Sequence record: CP128686.1
Length of the DNA stretch: 64,000 nucleotides
Origin: a plasmid
Reading direction: 5' to 3' (one strand)
Numbering within the stretch: position 1 is the stretch's first letter; the number at the start of each line of letters is the position of its first letter. This document shows positions 29,501-38,898 of this stretch, piece after piece. A model generated the notes under the pieces. It was not told where the DNA came from. It made no database searches and saw only the letters and a program-made list of their open reading frames with translations. Made by a program: the position numbers and the translations under genes.

Positions 29501-29512
29501 TACATCTTATCC

Positions 29513-30022
29513 TTAAGCCCGGTCTTTCAGACGATCCAGTTTTTCAACTTTCTGACGAATACGTTGTTGTTTCAACGGTGACAGATAATCCATAAACAGT
29601 TTACCAACCAAGTGATCCATCTCATGCTGAATACAGATGGCTAACAAGCCGTCTGCTTCCAGTTCAAATGGTTTACCGTAGCGGTTCAGGGCGCGAATTT
29701 TCACTTTCTCTGCGCGTGGCACTAAAGCACGTTGTTCAGGGATCGACAGGCAACCTTCTTCAATGCCTGTTTCGCCGCTTTTTTCTAAAAGCTCCGGATT
29801 GATTAACACCAGCCGTTCGTCACGGTTTTCCGAAACATCAATAACAATGATACGTTGATGGATATCAACTTGGGTTGCCGCCAAGCCAATACCTTCTTCT
29901 GCATACATCGTCTCAAACATATCATCGACGATACGCTGAATTTCTGCATTCACTTCTTCTACCGGTTTAGCAACTTTGCGAAGCCGCTCGTCCGGAATAT
30001 GTAACACTTGCAAAACTGACAT
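29513..30022 (-). CDS. def: Peptide deformylase.
   Basis: 169 aa. Motifs [14 protein letters not shown] and QHEMDHL. Near-identical to the enterobacterial chromosomal Def. Confidence 0.92.
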   Translation of the reverse strand: MSVLQVLHIPDERLRKVAKPVEEVNAEIQRIVDDMFETMYAEEGIGLAATQVDIHQRIIVIDVSENRDERLVLINPELLEKSGETGIEEGCLSIPEQRALVPRAEKVKIRALNRYGKPFELEADGLLAICIQHEMDHLVGKLFMDYLSPLKQQRIRQKVEKLDRLKDRA

Positions 30023-30205
30023 AAATCTCCAGAGATATGTTAAGGGGTTAGAACGATTATTTTTCTATTCTAGACAAATCCCACTCTAATTAACAGCATT
30101 GTAGTAGTTTACTGAATTTGACCACTGAACAGAGGTGATGTGGTCGTCTCTGTTCAGGTGCATCAATGAAAACAAAGATTATCTAAATAGCTGCGCCGAA
30201 TACCG

Positions 30206-30616
30206 CTACACTTTAACCAGCGCTGCGTTTCCCGGCTTTGTCCACGTCCGCCTGATGGCTTGCGCCCGCCGATACGTCGCTTTAAGCCGCTTCAGCAGGC
30301 TGATGAACAGCGCCGAACTTTTGCTGTTGCCGCCTACATAGCTGACTTTACCTGTTCCGCTGTGCAGTGCGCCAGCCAGATAATATTTTTCATTCTGACC
30401 AAGCGTCACCACTCGTTTTTGCTGTCCGCGCAACTGCCAGTCCGAACCGATTTTGGGATTAAGATGGATATCCACCTCATCTTCATAAAAAACCGGATAT
30501 TTTGCGCTGCATTCGTCCAGTGCTTTGTGGATTGTCACCATCTTTTCATCCTTATGCGGGTCACGGATTCGCAGAGTTGGCGCGGCCCTGCGCCACACAA
30601 GCTCCGCAGAAGGCAA
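30206..30616 (-). mobile_element. IS630-family transposase fragment.
   Basis: DDE-region sequence VFYEDEVDIHLNPKIG typical of IS630/Tc1-mariner-like transposases. Truncated ORF. Confidence 0.45.
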
Positions 30617-30882
30617 CCAGCGGCGAACGGTTCCTGCATGTAACTGGCTGCCGGTTATCTCATTGATTTTGATTGCCAGAATTTTGTACTCCAGCGTGAG
30701 CGCTGGTAGCCAAAATCGCCGGGAGCATGTTTTACAAGCTCACGTAATTAAGTCCTTTTGCCCCCGCTCGGGGCTTTCCGGTTCAGGCCGGAGCTGGACG
30801 CTTCGGCATTAACCCTGACACAAACCGAACAGTATTGCCTTGTTCTACGCATGGTTGCGAAATAGCTACAAAAGTGAGAATA

Positions 30883-31099
30883 TTAATAATAATGAATATC
30901 ATTTTCAATGTTTGTTCGCATGGTCCACACCACAGGCTTCAGCAGCGACGTGACTTTGCAGCCTTTACCGGCCAGCACCTGCTGTACTGCATTTTCCGGT
31001 ACGCGGGTTGACCCAGCCTGCATCGAGAGGAGGCTGGCAAACGCCACGCAGGTTCCGAGATCGATCTGCCCATGCAACCCGCGTATACACTTCCATTGA
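30883..31099 (-). pseudogene. Inverted, rearranged fragment derived from iroC.
   Basis: The translation ...LGTCVAFASLLSMQAGSTRVPENAVQQVLAGKGCKVTSLLKPVVW matches IroC INLGTFVAFASFLAMLTGPTRV fused to RVPENAVQQALAGKGRKVTSLLKPVAW. The nucleotide match to 5700..5780 lies on the opposite strand. Confidence 0.6.
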
Positions 31100-31774
31100 G
31101 CGTGGAGCCTTATAACCGACCAAGGCCTAGATGACTTTTCTCGGTTGCCGGTATTGGCGACAACTGTAGTACCAGATATTATCCATATCCTGACTGGCCT
31201 TCGGTGTAAGTTTAACGGTTAAGCGTATTGGGGTAATTTCCAGGTTACGCCCTTTCCTCTGTACGGAGGCATTACATTGCCTTTGGTAATTGGTGCTGTT
31301 GTGGAAGGAGTTCCTGCTACTTTCCAGATACCACTTTCAGAACATTTTGTCCGGTAGTTCTGGTCTGGGAAGTCATTCCGGTGATGGTGGTAATCCGAAC
31401 AGCGGTTCGGGCTGGGGTACAACACGAACACACCTGTCTTAATTCGCCATCTTGCGTGCCTGCCCTTCTTCCTGAACATCTTTCACTGGCGTCCCTTGGT
31501 GAAATCTGAGCTGCCAACATTTCTGATGATTTGTACAAATATGGCTCCTCTGCCAAATTGACGAACGAAGCGTCTTTTTGAATCGACAACCTCGCTGCGG
31601 TACGTGAGCAACGCGCAGTCCTTGGTTAGTAAAGCCAACTGAAAGCTGTAAGCATTGATGACCTCCACGTCCTCGTTAATTAATGCTGCTACGGTCTGCG
31701 TTTTATCGTAACGCTCTCCCACAGTGGCCTATCTCCAGAGATTCGTCATTGTCCTCTTCTAAGCATCAACCGAT

Positions 31775-32998
31775 TTAGCCATTAACAGCCCTATCAGCTG
31801 TTGAAAACTTTAGATTGAACCAGATGAAAATAGATATTATGGTAAATAAAACAGCAACGAAAAAAGCCGCTATAATCAGCGCCGCAGCGGCGGCACCACT
31901 TTTCGACACCAGCGGCACCAGCAATGCACAAAGCCCATAGCCAAGCGTATGACTGGTAGCAATCCAGCCCGCACCCGTGCCGTCTGTCAGTTTATCATTC
32001 AGTAGAAGCTGATAAGCAGGTGTTGCCAGAGCCGCCCCAAACGACAGCACCGCACAGCCGAGGTAAAACAACCATAGCTGTTCAGCGAACATTATCGCCA
32101 GGCCACAAATCATCAGCGCTCCGGCACTCAAAAGCAGCGCCATCGGCGTCAGGCGCTGCGGGCGGAGCACCCCGAACTGTGCGATAAGCGCGGCAACTGC
32201 GGCCAGCCCTAACAGCCACGCCACATGATGGCTAATAGCGGCGGTATCTGTAGCGAACTGGCGAGTAAGGGCGGGAGAAAGACCAAGCTGCATCATGCTC
32301 ACCGCCGCAGCTAATAACAGCGCGCAAAGCAGATAAGGCAGGCAATCCAGCCTCAGGCTGGCGCTCTTGCGCTCCGCTGTAGGCCGCGGTGACGTGCCAG
32401 GCAACCGCAGCAGCATCACCAGCGCCAGCAGTGGCGCTGCCATCAGCAGCCCCATCGGCGCCAGAGGGTGAATTGCCAGCATCGCCGCCGCGCACAACGG
32501 CCCGAATAGTCTGCCGCAGCTCAAGCCGGAGCTAATGGTTGCCAGAGCGACCATGCTATTCCCTTCCCCCGCTCTCTGCAATGCCCAGACCTGACAGGCT
32601 GGTACCATCGCTGACACGGTAAGCCCGTAGGCGATCCGCGCGATGATTAATATTCCCAGCCCCACCGCTGTTGTTACAGCGCCGGTCGCCATCAGCATGC
32701 TTCCCAGCCCAAGCAGAGTAAAGCTTGCACCGTATCCCCCCAGAGCCCACAGCACCACAGGCTTACTGCCAATACGGGCAATTTGCTTTCCCCACCACGG
32801 GGAAGACGGCAGGAACAGCATTGAGCCAAGCATCAGCAAAGCCGCCCAAATCGACAAACTCAGGTTTGTCTGAATCACCAGTACAGGGATCGCGACCAGC
32901 AGGCCGTTTTGCCCGACACCGAGTAACCCCGCGCTGAACGCAAGCGGCCAGCAGGACAATGTTTTTTGCGGCATTTCCGCGCTCTCAAGAGACGTCAC
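31775..32998 (-). CDS. shiF: MFS transporter ShiF, the aerobactin-locus-associated exporter-like protein.
   Basis: 407 aa 12-TM MFS. Divergent from iucA across a shared Fur-regulated promoter. Confidence 0.75.
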   Translation of the reverse strand: MTSLESAEMPQKTLSCWPLAFSAGLLGVGQNGLLVAIPVLVIQTNLSLSIWAALLMLGSMLFLPSSPWWGKQIARIGSKPVVLWALGGYGASFTLLGLGSMLMATGAVTTAVGLGILIIARIAYGLTVSAMVPACQVWALQRAGEGNSMVALATISSGLSCGRLFGPLCAAAMLAIHPLAPMGLLMAAPLLALVMLLRLPGTSPRPTAERKSASLRLDCLPYLLCALLLAAAVSMMQLGLSPALTRQFATDTAAISHHVAWLLGLAAVAALIAQFGVLRPQRLTPMALLLSAGALMICGLAIMFAEQLWLFYLGCAVLSFGAALATPAYQLLLNDKLTDGTGAGWIATSHTLGYGLCALLVPLVSKSGAAAAALIIAAFFVAVLFTIISIFIWFNLKFSTADRAVNG

Positions 32999-33069
32999 GA
33001 TGTTGTAATTCCATATATTGATTGTGCTTATTTATAAAATAAATTTTATCAATCCTAATAATTTTTGTT

Positions 33070-33108
33070 GATAATGGGAATCTTTATCGACAAAATTCTC
33101 ATTATCAT
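33070..33108. promoter_or_regulatory. Fur binding region of the aerobactin (iucA) promoter.
   Basis: gataatgggaatc ... aattctcattatcat. Two Fur-box half-matches with the classic iucA P1 architecture, just upstream of the iucA start. Confidence 0.5.
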
Positions 33109-33130
33109 GACGAGTGAGATCTGTTTGACT

Positions 33131-34855
33131 ATGACTTTGCCAACTAAAACCTCAACCTTGGATGTGGCTGCGCAGTGCTTCCTTAATTCCTTGGTTCGTG
33201 AAACCAAAGACTGGCGGCTGACGGAATACCAGCCAACCCAATTGATCATCCCGCTGGGCGAACAGCAGGCGCTCCATTTCAGAGTGGCTTATTTCTCCCC
33301 AACCCAGCATCACCGCTTTGAATTTCCGGCGCGTCTGGTCACGGCCTCCGGCAGTCACCCCGTCGATTTCGCCACCCTCTCCCGGCTTATTGTTGATAAG
33401 CTCCAGCACCAACTCTTGCTACCCGCGACCAGTTGCGAAACCTTCCACCAGCGCGTGATGGAAAGCCACGCCCATACGCAGCAGGCAATTGATGCCCGCC
33501 ATGACTGGGCAGCCCTGCGTGAAAAAGCGTTGAACTTTGGCGAGGCGGAGCAGGCTCTGCTGGTCGGGCACGCCTTCCACCCGGCGCCTAAGTCTCATGA
33601 ACCGTTTAACCAGCAGGAGGCCGAACGCTACCTGCCGGACTTCGCGCCCCACTTCCCGCTGCGGTGGTTTGCGGTGAACAAAACGCAGATCGCCGGTGAA
33701 AGCCTGCATCTCAACCTGCAACAACGGTTGACGCGATTTGCCGCAGAGAATGCGCCGCAGTTACTCAATGAATTAAGCGACAATCAATGGCTATTCCCGC
33801 TGCACCCGTGGCAGGGGGAGTATCTGTTGCAGCAGGAATGGTGCCAGGAGCTTGTCGCTAAAGGGCTGATTAAAGATTTAGGCGAGGCCGGCGCGCCGTG
33901 GCTACCGACCACCTCTTCCCGCTCGCTATACTGCGCCACCAGCCGCGACATGATCAAATTCTCCCTGAGCGTGCGCCTGACCAACTCCGTCCGTACCCTG
34001 TCAGTGAAAGAAGTGAAGCGTGGAATGCGCCTGGCGCGCCTGGCGCAAACCGACGACTGGCAGACGCTACAGGCCCGCTTCCCGACTTTCCGGGTGATGC
34101 AGGAAGACGGTTGGGCCGGGCTGCGCGATCTCCACGGCAACATCATGCAGGAAAGCCTGTTTGCCCTGCGTGAAAACCTGCTGGTGGATCAGCCGCAAAG
34201 CCAGACTAACGTACTGGTCTCCCTGACCCAGGCCGCGCCGGATGGCGGTGATTCGCTGCTGGTTGCGGCGGTAAAACGCCTGAGCGATCGCCTCGGCATC
34301 ACTGCGCAACAGGCCGCCCACGCATGGGTCGATGCTTACTGCCATCAGGTGCTGAAGCCGCTGTTTACGGCTGAAGCGGATTACGGCCTGGTGCTGCTGG
34401 CGCATCAGCAAAATATTCTGGTTCAGATGCTTGGGGATCTGCCGGTCGGGCTTATCTACCGTGACTGCCAGGGCAGCGCGTTTATGCCTCACGCGGCAGG
34501 CTGGCTCGACACCATTGGCGAGGCGCAGGCGGAAAACGTCTTCACCCGTGAGCAGTTGCTGCGCTACTTCCCTTATTACCTGCTGGTTAACTCCACTTTT
34601 GCCGTGACCGCCGCGCTGGGCGCTGCCGGGCTGGACAGTGAAGCGAATCTGATGGCTCGCGTACGAACGTTGCTGGCTGAAATGCGTGATCAGGTGACTC
34701 ATAAAACCTGTCTCAACTACGTGCTGGAAAATCCGTACTGGAACGTAAAAGGTAACTTTTTCTGTTATCTGAACGACCACAACGAGAACACCATCGTCGA
34801 TCCCTCGGTGATCTACTTCGATTTCGCCAACCCGCTGCTGGCTCAGGAGGGTTAA
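33131..34855 (+). CDS. iucA: Aerobactin synthetase IucA (NIS synthetase).
   Basis: IucA/IucC family, with MTLPTKTSTLDVAAQCFLNSLVRETKDW at the N-terminus. The ORF is open from 33065, and alternative in-frame starts exist at 33074 and 33107. Confidence 0.88.
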   Translation: MTLPTKTSTLDVAAQCFLNSLVRETKDWRLTEYQPTQLIIPLGEQQALHFRVAYFSPTQHHRFEFPARLVTASGSHPVDFATLSRLIVDKLQHQLLLPATSCETFHQRVMESHAHTQQAIDARHDWAALREKALNFGEAEQALLVGHAFHPAPKSHEPFNQQEAERYLPDFAPHFPLRWFAVNKTQIAGESLHLNLQQRLTRFAAENAPQLLNELSDNQWLFPLHPWQGEYLLQQEWCQELVAKGLIKDLGEAGAPWLPTTSSRSLYCATSRDMIKFSLSVRLTNSVRTLSVKEVKRGMRLARLAQTDDWQTLQARFPTFRVMQEDGWAGLRDLHGNIMQESLFALRENLLVDQPQSQTNVLVSLTQAAPDGGDSLLVAAVKRLSDRLGITAQQAAHAWVDAYCHQVLKPLFTAEADYGLVLLAHQQNILVQMLGDLPVGLIYRDCQGSAFMPHAAGWLDTIGEAQAENVFTREQLLRYFPYYLLVNSTFAVTAALGAAGLDSEANLMARVRTLLAEMRDQVTHKTCLNYVLENPYWNVKGNFFCYLNDHNENTIVDPSVIYFDFANPLLAQEG

Positions 34856-35803
34856 ATGTCTAAGGCAAACATCGTTCACAGCGGATATGGACTGCGCTGT
34901 GAAAAACTCGACAAGCCTCTGAATCTTAGCTGGGGGCTGGACAATAGCGCGGTGCTGCACTGGCCGGGGCCGTTGCCGACAGGGTGGCTGCGCGACGCGC
35001 TGGAGCAGATATTTATCGCCGCACCGCAACTTTCAGCGGTGGTTCTCCCTTGGGCCGAATGGCGTGAGGAGCCACAGGCGCTGACGCTTTTCGGGCAGGT
35101 AAAAAGCGACATCATCCATCGCACCGCCTTCTGGCAGTTACCGCTATGGCTGAGTTCTCCGGCAAACCGGGCCTCCGGCGAAATGGTTTTTGATGCAGAG
35201 CGTGAGATTTATTTCCCGCTGCGCCCACCCCGTCCGCAGGGCGAGGTTTATCGCCGTTACGATCCACGCGTTCGCAAGACGCTGAGTTTCCGCGTTGCCG
35301 ATCCCGTTCTTGATGCAGAACGTTTCACCCGCTGGATGAACGATCCGCGCGTTGAGTATTTCTGGGAGCAAAGCGGCTCGCTGGAGGTACAGACCGCCTA
35401 TCTGGAACGCCAGCTCACCGGTAAACATGCGTTCCCGCTGATCGGCTGCTTCGACGATAGGCCGTTTAGCTATTTCGAAATCTACTGGGCGGCGGAAGAC
35501 CGCATTGGCCGCCACTATTCATGGCAACCCTTTGACCGTGGCCTGCATCTGCTGGTTGGTGAACAGCAATGGCGCGGAGCCCACTACGTACAAAGCTGGC
35601 TGCGAGGGCTGACACATTACCTGTTGCTGGATGAGCCCCGCACGCAGCGCACCGTACTGGAGCCACGCGCCGATAACCAGCGCCTGTTCCGCCACCTTGA
35701 GCCTGCGGGATACCGGACAATTAAAGAGTTCGACTTCCCACACAAGCGCTCGCGCATGGTGATGGCGGATCGCCATCACTTCTTCACGGAGGTCGGTCTG
35801 TAA
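34856..35803 (+). CDS. iucB: N6-hydroxylysine acetyltransferase IucB.
   Basis: 315 aa. Located in the iucABCD operon. Confidence 0.9.
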   Translation: MSKANIVHSGYGLRCEKLDKPLNLSWGLDNSAVLHWPGPLPTGWLRDALEQIFIAAPQLSAVVLPWAEWREEPQALTLFGQVKSDIIHRTAFWQLPLWLSSPANRASGEMVFDAEREIYFPLRPPRPQGEVYRRYDPRVRKTLSFRVADPVLDAERFTRWMNDPRVEYFWEQSGSLEVQTAYLERQLTGKHAFPLIGCFDDRPFSYFEIYWAAEDRIGRHYSWQPFDRGLHLLVGEQQWRGAHYVQSWLRGLTHYLLLDEPRTQRTVLEPRADNQRLFRHLEPAGYRTIKEFDFPHKRSRMVMADRHHFFTEVGL

Positions 35804-37536
35804 TGAATCACAAGGATTGGGATTTTGTTAACCGCCAGCTGGTGGCAAAAATGCTGGCCGAGCTGGAGTATGAGCAGGTTTTCCACGCGGAATCTCAGGG
35901 CGATGGCCGCTACTGCATTAACCTGCCGGGCGCACAATGGCGCTTCAGCGCTGAACGCGGCATCTGGGGCTGGCTGTGGATTGATGCTCAAACGCTGCGC
36001 TGCGCGGACGAGCCCGTTCTGGCGCAAACGCTACTGATGCAGCTAAAGCCGGTGCTGTCGATGAGCGATGCCACCGTTGCTGAGCATATGCAGGATTTGT
36101 ATGCCACGCTGCTGGGTGACCTGCAACTGCTGAAGGCACGGCGCGGGCTGAGCGCCAGTGACCTGATTGATCTTGATGCCGACCGCCTGCAATGCCTGCT
36201 AAGCGGCCATCCTAAATTCGCTTTTAATAAAGGTCGTCGGGGCTGGGGCAAAGAGGCGCTGGAGCGATATGCGCCAGAGTACGCCAACACCTTCAGACTG
36301 CACTGGCTGGCGGTAAAACGTGAGCATATGGTCTGGCGCTGCGACAGCGAGCTGGATATTCAGCAGTTGTTGGCGGCCGCGATGGACCCGCAGGAGTTTG
36401 CCCGCTTCAATCAGGTCTGGCAGGACAACGGGCTGGATAACGACTGGCTGCCACTGCCGGTACATCCGTGGCAGTGGCAGCAAAAAATCTCCCTCGACTT
36501 CATCGCCGATCTTGCCGAAGGCAGGATGGTTTCGCTCGGCGAGTTTGGCGACTTGTGGCTCGCGCAGCAGTCGCTGCGCACCCTGACCAACGCCAGTCGC
36601 CAGGGCGGGCTGGATATCAAGCTGCCGCTGACCATCTACAACACCTCCTGCTACCGGGGGATTCCGGGCAAATACATCGCCGCCGGGCCGCTGGCCTCAC
36701 GCTGGCTGCAACAGGTTTTTGCGACCGACGCCACGCTTAAGCAAAGCGGCGCGGTGATCCTCGGTGAACCGGCGGCGGGCTATGTGTCCCATGAAGGCTA
36801 TGCCGCGCTTGCCCAGGCCCCCTACCGCTACCAGGAGATGCTCGGCGTTATCTGGCGTGAGAATCCGTGTCGCTGGCTGAAGCCGGACGAAAGTCCGATT
36901 CTGATGGCAACACTGATGGAGTGCGATGAAAACAATCAGCCGCTGATAGGCGCATATATCGACCGCTCCGGGCTGGACGCTGAAACCTGGCTCACGCAGC
37001 TGTTCCGAGTGGTAGTGGTTCCGCTGTATCACCTGCTTTGCCGCTACGGCGTCGCGCTTATCGCCCACGGACAAAATATAACGCTCGCCATGAAAAAGGG
37101 CGTACCGCAGCGCGTGCTGTTGAAAGATTTCCAGGGCGATATGCGGCTGGTGAAAGATGCGTTCCCGGAAATGGACTCCCTGCCTCAGGAGGTGCGTGAC
37201 GTCACCGCTCGCCTGAGCGCCGACTACTTAATTCATGATTTACAGACCGGCCACTTCGTGACGGTTCTGCGCTTTGTTTCGCCACTGATGGCTCGCCTTG
37301 GCGTACCGGAGAGGCGTTTTTATCAACTGCTGGCAGCAGTGTTGAGTGATTACATGCAGGAACACCCACAAATGTCAGCGCGCTTTGCGCTTTTCTCACT
37401 CTTCAAGCCACAAATTATTCGCGTAGTACTGAACCCGGTAAAACTGACCTGGCACGACCAGGACGGCGGCAGCCGCATGTTGCCGAATTACCTTGAGGAT
37501 CTGCAAAACCCGCTGTGGCTGGCAACCAGGGACTGA
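35803..37536 (+). CDS. iucC: Aerobactin synthetase IucC (NIS synthetase).
   Basis: 577 aa. Paralogous to IucA. Confidence 0.9.
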   Translation: MNHKDWDFVNRQLVAKMLAELEYEQVFHAESQGDGRYCINLPGAQWRFSAERGIWGWLWIDAQTLRCADEPVLAQTLLMQLKPVLSMSDATVAEHMQDLYATLLGDLQLLKARRGLSASDLIDLDADRLQCLLSGHPKFAFNKGRRGWGKEALERYAPEYANTFRLHWLAVKREHMVWRCDSELDIQQLLAAAMDPQEFARFNQVWQDNGLDNDWLPLPVHPWQWQQKISLDFIADLAEGRMVSLGEFGDLWLAQQSLRTLTNASRQGGLDIKLPLTIYNTSCYRGIPGKYIAAGPLASRWLQQVFATDATLKQSGAVILGEPAAGYVSHEGYAALAQAPYRYQEMLGVIWRENPCRWLKPDESPILMATLMECDENNQPLIGAYIDRSGLDAETWLTQLFRVVVVPLYHLLCRYGVALIAHGQNITLAMKKGVPQRVLLKDFQGDMRLVKDAFPEMDSLPQEVRDVTARLSADYLIHDLQTGHFVTVLRFVSPLMARLGVPERRFYQLLAAVLSDYMQEHPQMSARFALFSLFKPQIIRVVLNPVKLTWHDQDGGSRMLPNYLEDLQNPLWLATRD

Positions 37537-37539
37537 ATC

Positions 37540-38817
37540 ATGACAAACACTGTAGATTTTATTGGCATAGGCATCGGCCCGTTCAACCTGAGCATCGCGG
37601 CGCTGTCTCATCAGGCAGAAGGATTAAGCAGCCGCTTCTTTGACGGCCGCCCGCATTTTGCCTGGCATCCCGGCATGCTGGTGCCGGACTGCCATATGCA
37701 GACCATGTTCCTGAAAGATCTGGTTAGCGCTGTGGCTCCCACAAGCCCGTACAGCTTTGTTAATTATCTGGTGAAGCGCAAAAAATTCTACCGCTTCCTG
37801 ACCACCGAACTGCGTACCGTATCCCGCGATGAGTTTTCCGACTACCTGCGCTGGGCCGCCGAAGGGATGAACAATCTGCATTTCAATCATACCGTTGAGA
37901 GTATTGATTTCGACGAGAGACACCAGCGGTTTGTGGTGCAGACCAGCCAGGGCGAAAGCGTTGCCCGCAATATCTGCCTTGGCATTGGCAAGCAACCGCA
38001 CCTGCCGCCTTGCGTAAAAACGGCGACGCAAACCTGCTTCCACGCCAGTGAAATGAGCCTGCGCCGGCCAGACCTCGGCGGCAAGCGAGTCAGCGTGGTT
38101 GGCGGCGGGCAAAGCGGCGCCGACCTGTTTCTCAATGCGCTACGCGGAGAATGGGGCGACGTTGCAGAGATCAGTTGGGTCTCGCGCCGCAATAACTTTA
38201 ACGCGCTGGATGAGGCGGCGTTCGCCAACGAATACTTCACGCCTGAGTACGTTTCAGGCTTCGTCGGTCTGAATGAACGCGCGCGCCAGAAGATGCTCGA
38301 CGAGCAGAAAATGACCTCCGACGGCATCACGGCCGACTCGCTACTGACCATTTATCGCGAGTTGTATCATCGCTTCGAGGTACTGAGGCAACCGCGTAAC
38401 GCCCGTCTGCTGCCAAGCCGCTCGGTCACCGGGCTGGAAAGTCGCGGCCAGAGCTGGCAACTGCTGCTGGAGCATCATCTGGATAACGGCTATGACACAC
38501 TGGAAAGCGACGTGGTGATTTTCGCCACCGGATACCGTCCCGCGCTGCCGCAGATTCTTTCACCGCTGATGTCGCGAATCGCCATGCGCGATGAGTGCAA
38601 TTTCAAAGTACGCGACGACTTCACCCTGGAGTGGAACGGCCCGAAAGAGAACAACATCTTCGCGGTCAACGCCAGTATGCAAACCCATGGCATCGCCGAA
38701 CCCCAGCTCAGCCTGATGGCATGGAGATCTGCACGTATTCTTAATCGTGTAATGGGACGTGATTTATTCGATCTCAGTATGCCGCCCGCCCTGATTCAGT
38801 GGCGCAGCGGCACCTAG
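37540..38817 (+). CDS. iucD: L-lysine N6-monooxygenase IucD.
   Basis: 425 aa flavin-dependent N-hydroxylating monooxygenase with FAD/NADPH GxGxxN/G motifs. Confidence 0.9.
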   Translation: MTNTVDFIGIGIGPFNLSIAALSHQAEGLSSRFFDGRPHFAWHPGMLVPDCHMQTMFLKDLVSAVAPTSPYSFVNYLVKRKKFYRFLTTELRTVSRDEFSDYLRWAAEGMNNLHFNHTVESIDFDERHQRFVVQTSQGESVARNICLGIGKQPHLPPCVKTATQTCFHASEMSLRRPDLGGKRVSVVGGGQSGADLFLNALRGEWGDVAEISWVSRRNNFNALDEAAFANEYFTPEYVSGFVGLNERARQKMLDEQKMTSDGITADSLLTIYRELYHRFEVLRQPRNARLLPSRSVTGLESRGQSWQLLLEHHLDNGYDTLESDVVIFATGYRPALPQILSPLMSRIAMRDECNFKVRDDFTLEWNGPKENNIFAVNASMQTHGIAEPQLSLMAWRSARILNRVMGRDLFDLSMPPALIQWRSGT

Positions 38818-38898
38818 GGAAAACGCAGCCGGAGGCTGCTTCTTTAACTCGCTACACAGCATCTTTGGGCTGATTTTTTCCGCCCGTGTGGAGGAATA

